Shown piece after piece: positions 56,779 through 64,000 of a DNA stretch of 64,000 bases. Where the stretch lies: positions 234,321 to 298,320 of the IMG/VR virus record IMGVR_UViG_3300020156_000001, one strand, 5' to 3'. Position 1 is the first letter of the stretch. The number at the start of each line of letters is the position of its first letter. The stretch is from a virus (taxonomy: Duplodnaviria; Heunggongvirae; Uroviricota; Caudoviricetes). The position numbers and the translations under genes are program-made. The notes under the pieces are model-generated. The model saw nothing but the letters and a program-made list of their open reading frames with translations, had not been told where the DNA came from and searched no databases.

Positions 56779-57374
56779 CATCACAAGTTCGCTACATCTA
56801 CAATTTCCCCCGTCCGTCGGTTACTGCAACAATCGCGCTGTTCATCCAATCCTCTTGGAACGCCAGCGTTAGCCATGTTATCCTGGGCCGGCGCGGTCGC
56901 AAAGATGGAACATATGCAGGCTTTCTTTGCTTGCCCGGCGGCTTTCTAGATGCGAAGGTTGATCCCCAAGATGTTTTCGTAATCCCGCAGGGCGGTGGTC
57001 TCCACTTCCGCGATAACGATGTTGCGGATCTTCCAGAGTCTCATGCAAAGCCAGGTGAAACTGTTGAAGAAACTGCAATCCGCGAAGTGTTCGAGGAGAC
57101 TGGCTTGAAGCTTGAGTTGGAACAGTTGGAACTCGCACACGTTCATTCCAATCCAACTACCGATCCTCGCGCCCATGTAGTCAACATCTGCTACTATGTG
57201 GTGATCGATCAGGCCACGGCAAACGCCGCAATCGCCGGCGATGATCTCGAAGAGCTCGTGATGGTTCCCGTTGGTGAAGTTGGTCAGCACAAACTGGCCT
57301 TCAATCACAACGACCTATTCGCGAAGATGCTAAAGGTCGCTCAAGCTGCATATCGCGAAGGCGAGGACCAATAA
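56775..57374 (+). CDS. Nudix hydrolase (ADP-ribose pyrophosphatase-like)
   Basis: RPSVTA, LPGGF...GETVEETAIREVFEETGL, DPR, AGDD and LAFNH. Confidence 0.88.
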   Translation: MTSQVRYIYNFPRPSVTATIALFIQSSWNASVSHVILGRRGRKDGTYAGFLCLPGGFLDAKVDPQDVFVIPQGGGLHFRDNDVADLPESHAKPGETVEETAIREVFEETGLKLELEQLELAHVHSNPTTDPRAHVVNICYYVVIDQATANAAIAGDDLEELVMVPVGEVGQHKLAFNHNDLFAKMLKVAQAAYREGEDQ

Positions 57375-57979
57375 TGAAGCGTCATGCCCATGCCGTAATG
57401 CGGATTCATCCGCTCCATTTGGGGCACACGGCAGTTCTCAATCGTATGAATGAGAACTACGAGACTTGGAGTATTGGTCTTGGTTCTACCGGCCGGCATA
57501 GCGAACCAGGCCATCCGTGGACTCAAGCTCAGCGCACGGAAATGCTTCGCAACGTTTATGGAAATCGGGTGAAGATTGTTCCACTCGAAGATATTGGCGC
57601 GGAGCAGGGCAAGAATACTTGGTGCGAATACGTACTAAGCAAGGCCGAGAAGATTTGGCCTGGTGCACCAATTACTGACTATTTCACCGGCAGTCATGCC
57701 GATGCAATGTGGTACAAGGGTTTGTTTTGGCATGGTGCGGAAGATGATCCGCTCCTTCAAACGCCCGAGTACCAAAAACGCTACTTCACCAAAGAAGGTG
57801 TGCTTCGTCGCTTGCACATCCTCGAACGCTCCGAAACGATCTTTCCCAGCGCCACTGAAGTTCGCACATTCCTAGCAACCCGAAGCGATGAATGGAAGCG
57901 TTGGGTACCGGGGGTCAATCACCAATTGGTTGAATCCACTTACCCTGAACACTTCAAGATCAAAATCGAAGGAGAATAA
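57374..57979 (+). CDS. NadM-like (N)MN adenylyltransferase
   Basis: RIHPLHLGH (HxGH), IGLGS, HPWT...QRTEM and SATEVR. Confidence 0.82.
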   Translation: MKRHAHAVMRIHPLHLGHTAVLNRMNENYETWSIGLGSTGRHSEPGHPWTQAQRTEMLRNVYGNRVKIVPLEDIGAEQGKNTWCEYVLSKAEKIWPGAPITDYFTGSHADAMWYKGLFWHGAEDDPLLQTPEYQKRYFTKEGVLRRLHILERSETIFPSATEVRTFLATRSDEWKRWVPGVNHQLVESTYPEHFKIKIEGE

Positions 57980-57981
57980 CA

Positions 57982-58542
57982 ATGACAAAGAAACTGCTAG
58001 TAATCATCGACACGCAAGCTGATTTCATGCTGTCGACGGGCGCACTTTACGTTACCGGCGCTGAGCAGCTTATCGCTCCAATCAACAACTATCTGCTCAA
58101 CCTTCCCGCAGATATTGATTCGGTCATTATGACCTACGACACACACTTTGCGGATACATATCCGGATTCTGAAGAAGCCAAGCAATTCCCAATTCACTGC
58201 GTCTACAACACGCCGGGCTGGCAGAACGTATTCAACGATGCGTCGATTCTCGGCCGCGATGAAGTCAACTTTTTGCGGCTTGAAAAGCCTGTGTTCGACA
58301 TGTGGGCTACATCCGATACGATGCGCGATAACTTCATCGACGGAGTTAGCAAAAGCGGCGTCAAGGATGTTGTGGTCATTGGGGTGGCCGCCGACTTCTG
58401 TGTTCACTGGGCTGTCAACGGCTTTGTTGAACGCGGCTTCAACGTTGAGATTCCTCGTTCGCTAACCGCGGGTATTGTCAGAGACATTGACACGGTTGTT
58501 GCTGAAGAATACGCCGGCAAGAATGTTAAGGTCATTGACTGA
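57982..58542 (+). CDS. pncA: Nicotinamidase
   Basis: IDTQADFM, GAL, DTH, FPIHC and GVAADFCV. Confidence 0.92.
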   Translation: MTKKLLVIIDTQADFMLSTGALYVTGAEQLIAPINNYLLNLPADIDSVIMTYDTHFADTYPDSEEAKQFPIHCVYNTPGWQNVFNDASILGRDEVNFLRLEKPVFDMWATSDTMRDNFIDGVSKSGVKDVVVIGVAADFCVHWAVNGFVERGFNVEIPRSLTAGIVRDIDTVVAEEYAGKNVKVID

Positions 58543-58991
58543 TGGATTTGGAAATATCCAAACGTATCGATGGTCTCCGTTTTTATACGGAGACCACTTC
58601 TATTACCACGGAAATGCTTAAAGCCAAGCAATGGTCTCCAAAGTATGTTCCTTGGGCGTTTGAATTCCGACCGAAAAATACCCAAGATTTGCTGTCAACA
58701 ATCCGTTTCCATGATAAGATCGGATTGACCGAAAAGATCATAAACGAGCTGAACTTTTATACCAAGCTGAATGAAGTAAGCAAGCTCGAAATCAATAGCT
58801 TGGAAGTTTTCCTAAGTCACAGCTATGCCAGCAGAAAAGAACGAAGCCGAATTGTTTTATACGGCAAAGGCACTCACAGTTTTATCGACTTTGAAGCTTC
58901 CGATTTCAAGTTGGACATTTTCGCCAACGATGCACTTGAAGAGTATACCGAATCACTAATCGCGTTGGCCATAGGGGACGAACCAAAATGA
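58542..58991 (+). CDS. Hypothetical protein
   Basis: 149 aa; coupled in the operon. Confidence 0.55.
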   Translation: MDLEISKRIDGLRFYTETTSITTEMLKAKQWSPKYVPWAFEFRPKNTQDLLSTIRFHDKIGLTEKIINELNFYTKLNEVSKLEINSLEVFLSHSYASRKERSRIVLYGKGTHSFIDFEASDFKLDIFANDALEEYTESLIALAIGDEPK

Positions 58992-59452
58992 TAATCACAA
59001 GTCCAAACTCTTTTGAAGATGCGCTGGGTAAAAGCATCTTCTTGGCCGGCGGTATTACAAATTGTCCGGATTGGCAGGGCCCGGTTGCCAATCGCATTAA
59101 CGAGTTAACCAACCTCGTTATCTTCAATCCGCGGCGTAATGGATGGGATATGAATGCTGATCTTGAAGAATCGCGCAAGCAGATTCTTTGGGAAGACATG
59201 CACTTGAAGCTGTCCGATATTATTCTGTTTTGGTTTCCTGAGGAAACTCTTTGCCCCATCACGCTGTTGGAGCTTGGCAAGTATTTGATGTCCGATGCGC
59301 GGCTGATCGTTGGAACACATCCAAACTATCAGCGTCGGTTTGACGTTGAAGTGCAAACGAGTCTAGTCCGGGATATTCCCGTATGGGATGATTTGGACGC
59401 AATGGTTGATGACATGATCGGCGCGTATCGTATTGGTGCGTTGTCATGGTAA
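58988..59452 (+). CDS. Nucleoside 2-deoxyribosyltransferase-like protein
   Basis: IFLAGGITNCPDWQ, IFNPRR, QILWE, ILFWF and PITLLELG. Confidence 0.8.
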   Translation: MIITSPNSFEDALGKSIFLAGGITNCPDWQGPVANRINELTNLVIFNPRRNGWDMNADLEESRKQILWEDMHLKLSDIILFWFPEETLCPITLLELGKYLMSDARLIVGTHPNYQRRFDVEVQTSLVRDIPVWDDLDAMVDDMIGAYRIGALSW

Positions 59453-59480
59453 GAGGGAGCCAAAGCTCCCTCTATTTTTA
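59452..59480. terminator. Intrinsic terminator between convergent genes
   Basis: agagggagc-caaa-gctccctct then attttt. Confidence 0.8.
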
Positions 59481-62468
59481 TTAAACCGGCTCTAGATCAC
59501 CACTGAGATACCAAGTGTTGGTATCAATTTTGGTAATCGAGAAAATACCGTTCTGCTTTACAATAGTTGAATAACCCGCCTTATAAAGCATAGTAACGCC
59601 GGAAGCTGCACTCAATGTTAGATTGCCTGCACCGGTGTTGATACCTGCGATTGTTGTTGTTGCGCCGTTTGCTACGTATGGGAAAGCAACGCTTGCGTTT
59701 GTTGGAACTGTAAGGGTTTTTGCGTTTGCGTTGCTAAGCAACAAAAGCTTTTCCGCATCAGTTAGAACCAACGTGTAAGTTGTACCAGTGACCGTTGCCA
59801 GCTGAGTTGTTGCTACTGGACCAAGATCACCCTTGTCACCCTTCAAGCCTTGTGGGCCCTGTTCACCACGAACGTTGCCTAGGTTTGTGGTCGAGTTATC
59901 AGTTTTAACTAGAATCAACTCATAGTTGATTAGGTTTGCTGCAATAAAGCCTGGACCACGAACATTACCAGCATCAAACGTGCTGTTGTCGGTGCGTGTG
60001 ATAATCAAGTTGTTGTTGTCAACGGTTGCACTGGAAAAGCCAGGACCGGTTAGACCAATATCACCTTGGTCGCCCTTGTCGCCTTTTTCACCCTTGATTG
60101 TTGCAAGCCAAGCTGTTTCATCACCAACAAATCCATCAGCTACGGCAACTTCATAAGCGGAAATGCCCGGAAGACCTTGTGCGCCACGAACCGATCCAAG
60201 ATCAACAGTGTTGTCATCAGTTTGAGTTAGGACAAGGTTGTCACCAACAATTGCCGCACTCTTATAGCCGGGACCGGTTAGACCAATATCACCTTGATCT
60301 CCCTTGTCTCCCTTGTCGCCCTTGAGTGTTAGGAGCCACTCAGCTTCGGTGCCTACGAAACCTTCTTCCACTGCAACTTCATAAGCAGAAATACCATTAG
60401 TACCAGCACTGCCCATTGGGCCTCGTACAACGCCAACGTTTAGTTCGGTAGTGTCGGTACGTGTGAGTACAAGATCGTCGCCTACGATAGCGGCATTAGT
60501 GAATCCAGGCCCCTCTGGACCAGCTTCACCAGTATCACCCTTATCACCTTGAATACCCTGTTGACCAACAAGCGAAGCCAACCAAGCAGCCTCATCGCCA
60601 CCAAAGCCATTGGCTACAGCAACTTCGTATGCGGATGGACCATCCGCACCGTTTGTACCATTTGTGCCAACAATTGGGCCAACATCAACAGTTGTGTTAT
60701 CAGTGCGAGTTAGAACAAGGTTATTACCATCTAGGGCTGCGCTTGTAAAACCAGGACCTTCCGGACCAGCATCACCTTGATCACCCTTTGCGCCTTCGAT
60801 TGTTGGAATCGTATAAGCGTACTGGTAGAAGCCACCACTTTTGATATAAACGTTACCAGTTGTATAATTGGTGTATAGGTCACCTTCCTGGGAAGCATCA
60901 TTATCGTTTGGCATTGTTGCGCCATAACGCATTGTGGAACCATTAGCACCATCTTGGCCAGCTGGACCCTGAGGACCAACCAAGCTGTTAAGCCAAGAAA
61001 ACACATCGAACTCGTAGCCATTGTCTACGGCAATTTCATATGCGTTCTTACCATTTAGACCAGGTTCGCCCTTTAGCGAAGCAAGCCAAGCGATTTCGTT
61101 GCCACCAACGTAACCATACTCCACAGCGAGTTCATATGCGGACTTACCAGCAACACCCTGAGCACCATCTGTGCCATTTGTTCCGTCAACACCATCAGTG
61201 CCCTGCAAGCTTGCAAGCCATTCCGATGGAGTTCCAGAGAAACCATCAGCTACTGCAAGTTCATATGCGGATTGGCCAGGTAGTCCTTGCTCTCCAGCAT
61301 CACCCTTTTCACCAGGTTCGCCAGGAAGACCTTGATCGCCTTGAATACCTTGTTCACCGGTGTCGCCTTTGTCTCCCTTGAGAGACGCAAGCCAAGTAAC
61401 TTCATCACCGCCAACGTAACCGTTTTCTACAGCAAGTTCATATGCAGATTTGCCATTTGCTCCAGCTGCGCCGTCATCGCCTTGATCGCCCTTATCCCCT
61501 TTAAGTGAAGCAAGCCATTCAGTTAGCGAGCCACCATAACCCTGTGCCACAGCAAGCTCATATGCGGATTCACCGTCTACGCCTGGTAGACCTTGAACAC
61601 CTTGAATACCAAGTTCACCACGCTCACCAGTGTCGCCCTTAGCGCCAACTAGACTTGCAAGCCATTCCGACTCAGTACCCTCAAATCCATTTGCTAAAGC
61701 AATCTCATATGCGGAGTCGCCATCTTCACCAGGAAGACCAGGATCACCTTGGTCGCCTTTAGCTCCGTCTTGACCTGGAACACCCTGAGGTCCTTGATCA
61801 CCAGTATCGCCTTTAACACCACCAAGAGATTCAATCCACTCGGCTTCAGTACCTGTGAAACCGTTGTCCAGTGCTACTTGATAGGCGCTTTTTCCATCAG
61901 CGCCATCCGCGCCGTTAGCTCCATCGGCACCATCTGCACCAACTAGAGAGTCAAGCCAGTCCTGCTGGGTTCCTTCAAAGCCTTCTTCAACTGCAATCTC
62001 ATATGCAGATTTACCAGCAGCGCCTTGTTCACCCGGAACGTTTGCTTGGCTATGAGCAGTAACAAATGCCTTGATATCTGCTGGGGAATAACGACGAACC
62101 TCTTCGCTGTCTGCGAGTGTGATTTCTTCGTCAGAAACTTCACTTACACGGGCGTTATAGGAAAGCTCAACTGCTTCATCAGAACTGATAACTTCGGCCC
62201 ATGTGCCGTCAGCACGTAGGAACTTTTGTTGATCACCAGTTATTGGAGCAGGAACAATACCAGGAGTACCATCGGATAGTTCGGTAGCACCTTCAAACGC
62301 GGCAACGTTGCTTAGGTCTTCTCGGGCCAGAGGAAAGCCACCCAATGTTGTGCCATCGTGGACGACAAGTGTGTCTTTGTCTGTGTCAACTGTCATCTCG
62401 CGAACTTTGCCAGCAAAGGCGCTATGTTCGGCAGTTGTGCCACCACGAAACTGTTTTTCTGTAGCCAT
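59481..62468 (-). CDS. Collagen-like fibre/adhesin protein
   Basis: Mtd-N-like start (FRGGTTAEH...VDTDKDTLVVHDG..GGFPL), Gly-X-Y tracts, 11 (S/N)AY(E/Q)xA...WL repeats and 5 GPG(F/Y)...L...TD repeats. Confidence 0.85.
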   Translation of the reverse strand: MATEKQFRGGTTAEHSAFAGKVREMTVDTDKDTLVVHDGTTLGGFPLAREDLSNVAAFEGATELSDGTPGIVPAPITGDQQKFLRADGTWAEVISSDEAVELSYNARVSEVSDEEITLADSEEVRRYSPADIKAFVTAHSQANVPGEQGAAGKSAYEIAVEEGFEGTQQDWLDSLVGADGADGANGADGADGKSAYQVALDNGFTGTEAEWIESLGGVKGDTGDQGPQGVPGQDGAKGDQGDPGLPGEDGDSAYEIALANGFEGTESEWLASLVGAKGDTGERGELGIQGVQGLPGVDGESAYELAVAQGYGGSLTEWLASLKGDKGDQGDDGAAGANGKSAYELAVENGYVGGDEVTWLASLKGDKGDTGEQGIQGDQGLPGEPGEKGDAGEQGLPGQSAYELAVADGFSGTPSEWLASLQGTDGVDGTNGTDGAQGVAGKSAYELAVEYGYVGGNEIAWLASLKGEPGLNGKNAYEIAVDNGYEFDVFSWLNSLVGPQGPAGQDGANGSTMRYGATMPNDNDASQEGDLYTNYTTGNVYIKSGGFYQYAYTIPTIEGAKGDQGDAGPEGPGFTSAALDGNNLVLTRTDNTTVDVGPIVGTNGTNGADGPSAYEVAVANGFGGDEAAWLASLVGQQGIQGDKGDTGEAGPEGPGFTNAAIVGDDLVLTRTDTTELNVGVVRGPMGSAGTNGISAYEVAVEEGFVGTEAEWLLTLKGDKGDKGDQGDIGLTGPGYKSAAIVGDNLVLTQTDDNTVDLGSVRGAQGLPGISAYEVAVADGFVGDETAWLATIKGEKGDKGDQGDIGLTGPGFSSATVDNNNLIITRTDNSTFDAGNVRGPGFIAANLINYELILVKTDNSTTNLGNVRGEQGPQGLKGDKGDLGPVATTQLATVTGTTYTLVLTDAEKLLLLSNANAKTLTVPTNASVAFPYVANGATTTIAGINTGAGNLTLSAASGVTMLYKAGYSTIVKQNGIFSITKIDTNTWYLSGDLEPV
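60043..60296. repeat. 26-bp exact direct repeat inside fibre gene
   Basis: ggaccggttagaccaatatcaccttg at 60043-60068 and 60271-60296. Confidence 0.8.
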
Positions 62469-62474
62469 GAAAAT

Positions 62475-62523
62475 CTCCTAAAACACCGTACTCGTATTTA
62501 TTACGGGTCAGATGTTTTAGGAG
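62475..62523 (-). promoter_or_regulatory. Late promoter inside RBS-sequestering hairpin (collagen fibre gene)
   Basis: Perfect 11-bp ctcctaaaaca/tgttttaggag; TAAATA at 62495-62500. Confidence 0.7.
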
Positions 62524-62529
62524 CAGCTT

Positions 62530-63135
62530 TTACTCTGGTTGTAGATCACCGGAGAGGTCCCACTCATCGGATGCGACCTTGGTGAGAACAAATGAAACCT
62601 TTGGCTTATCGCGAAGGCTCATTGTTTCAGGGGAATTAACTTTGACTTGGCTGGCTTTGAGAATTGTTAGCTGTCCTGTGCCAACACTCATGCCGCTGAT
62701 TGTTGTACCAATTGGAAAGTTTACATCGGACTCGTTTGGAACTGTGAGTGTCTTAACGTCTTCGCTGGTCAAACGGATATAATTATCGGTATCAGCAAGA
62801 CTTAGAGTGGTTGCAGTTCCCGCATATGTGCGGATACGAAGTACTGGCATTTCCGGTAGATTGCCCCAAGCGCCATTACCATAAAGGACTTTGCCTTGAT
62901 CCCCAGCGGCTGGGGCTGGGATTTTACCAGTAACGCCTGGAACTGTGGAAGTTGCGCCAATCATTGAAGGAACGTTTGACAAATCTTCTTTGGCCAAGGG
63001 ATAGCCACCGGTCTTTGCACCATCATGAACTACAAGCGTTTTCTTTGTTGTATCAACGGTGATTTCGTTGGTTCCACCGACATAAGATGCATGTTCGGCA
63101 GTTGTGCCATAACGATATTCAACTTGGACAGCCAT
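62530..63135 (-). CDS. Short paralog of the collagen fibre (Mtd-N-like head plus C-terminal domain, no collagen)
   Basis: Start reassigned to MAVQVEYRYGTT (RBS aaggag); shares the N- and C-terminal domains with 59481..62468. Confidence 0.75.
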   Translation of the reverse strand: MAVQVEYRYGTTAEHASYVGGTNEITVDTTKKTLVVHDGAKTGGYPLAKEDLSNVPSMIGATSTVPGVTGKIPAPAAGDQGKVLYGNGAWGNLPEMPVLRIRTYAGTATTLSLADTDNYIRLTSEDVKTLTVPNESDVNFPIGTTISGMSVGTGQLTILKASQVKVNSPETMSLRDKPKVSFVLTKVASDEWDLSGDLQPE

Positions 63136-63179
63136 TATTAACTCCTTGCCACTTGTACTCCTATTTAGTGCCAATGTGG

Positions 63180-63207
63180 TTGACAAAACACGCAAGCATA
63201 ATAAACT
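63180..63207 (+). promoter_or_regulatory. Sigma70-like promoter
   Basis: TTGACA-16 nt-TAAACT. Confidence 0.5.
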
Positions 63208-63236
63208 GACACCAGTATTACCACAGGATGGATCGA

Positions 63237-64000
63237 ATGAACGCGAAAAGTGTAACCTTGGGATCAGCTATCGTTAGTGATGTGCGAAACGCTTTGAACC
63301 TAAGGCCACCGCCGGAGCCCATACTCCGTTCTCATTCAAATTTTCGCCCATGCCATGAATGCTATACCGAGCTAAAGGAACACTTTGGCACCAATGATCA
63401 TCCAATCTATATCGAGGCGATGTTTACGGCGGTACTGCGGTCGGATCACCCAATGCTCCGCGATGAGCTTAAAAAGCTTTACGTAAAGGCAAAACTATCG
63501 ATTCCATCAGATGATCAATATGTGGAAGAAGCTTCCAATCATATTAGTCGGATCATTCAGCAAAACCGTATGGTTGATGAAGAAAATGAAATTGTTACTA
63601 ACCGGTTCCACAAGGAACTCAAAACGTATAAACAAACCCAGATCGAAACTCGCAAGAAGTTTGACGAATGGTGGGACTTATATGTGGCACAAGTTGAAAA
63701 GCTCCTTTCGGATCTGCCCCCAATGGGCGATCGTTCGGCTTGGCAGCAAATCACACTGACTGCGTTTGACACTGTTTCACAACACCACTTCTACAAGCCA
63801 TTGAAGGCCGGCTGGTACAAAGGTCGTCGCTTTAGCATGGGTGACTTTTTGTCAAGCGAATGGCGCGGTGCGGGCATGTATGGTGCGCTCCCAGACTTTG
63901 CCAACAGAATCCTACAAGCCCTAAACACGGGTCATAAAAACTGGATTGAAGACCGGTTCAAGGAGTTGTTCAATCTCAACACAAAAACTGATACGTTTAG
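63237..64000 (+). CDS. Hypothetical protein (runs off window end)
   Basis: Open frame from ATG 63237 (MNAKSVTLG...) to the window end; not in the track. Confidence 0.55.
   Translation, partial: MNAKSVTLGSAIVSDVRNALNLRPPPEPILRSHSNFRPCHECYTELKEHFGTNDHPIYIEAMFTAVLRSDHPMLRDELKKLYVKAKLSIPSDDQYVEEASNHISRIIQQNRMVDEENEIVTNRFHKELKTYKQTQIETRKKFDEWWDLYVAQVEKLLSDLPPMGDRSAWQQITLTAFDTVSQHHFYKPLKAGWYKGRRFSMGDFLSSEWRGAGMYGALPDFANRILQALNTGHKNWIEDRFKELFNLNTKTDTF

Noticed and set aside
59926-62219. Multiple short plus-strand ORFs opposite the collagen gene (and similar antisense ORFs window-wide)
   Set aside because: Shadow ORFs produced by codon bias of strongly supported genes on the other strand.

Overview
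This window is a 64 kb piece of a large T4-like (jumbo-type) contractile-tailed phage genome. The host is probably an alphaproteobacterium, inferred from the Rhizobiales/Sphingomonadales-like look of the PncB N-terminus (not database-checked). Most genes are on the minus strand. Replication and recombination genes: gp41-like helicase, primase, UvsW, UvsY, RecA/UvsX, gp32 SSB, putative clamp-loader small subunit, NrdA/NrdB/glutaredoxin and dNMP kinase. Virion and lysis genes: terminase, tail sheath, tail tube(s), neck gp13/gp14, gp15-like, gp4-like, fibres and lysozyme. The most interesting accessory content: (1) a ~4.8 kb island between the sheath and tube genes carrying a Ro60/TROVE protein, a SIMPL-like protein and a ~760-nt, highly structured RNA with no same-strand ORF and its own sigma70-type promoter and terminator; (2) a complete deamidating NAD+ salvage operon (nadE, pncB, Nudix, NadM-like, pncA); (3) a TGT/DpdA-fold enzyme beside primase; (4) a 194-aa miniature DnaE-like polymerase core; (5) a recurring design in which the T4-type late promoter core TAAATA sits inside a hairpin that sequesters the RBS. 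All protein calls come from motif recognition by eye. No database search or folding program was run.
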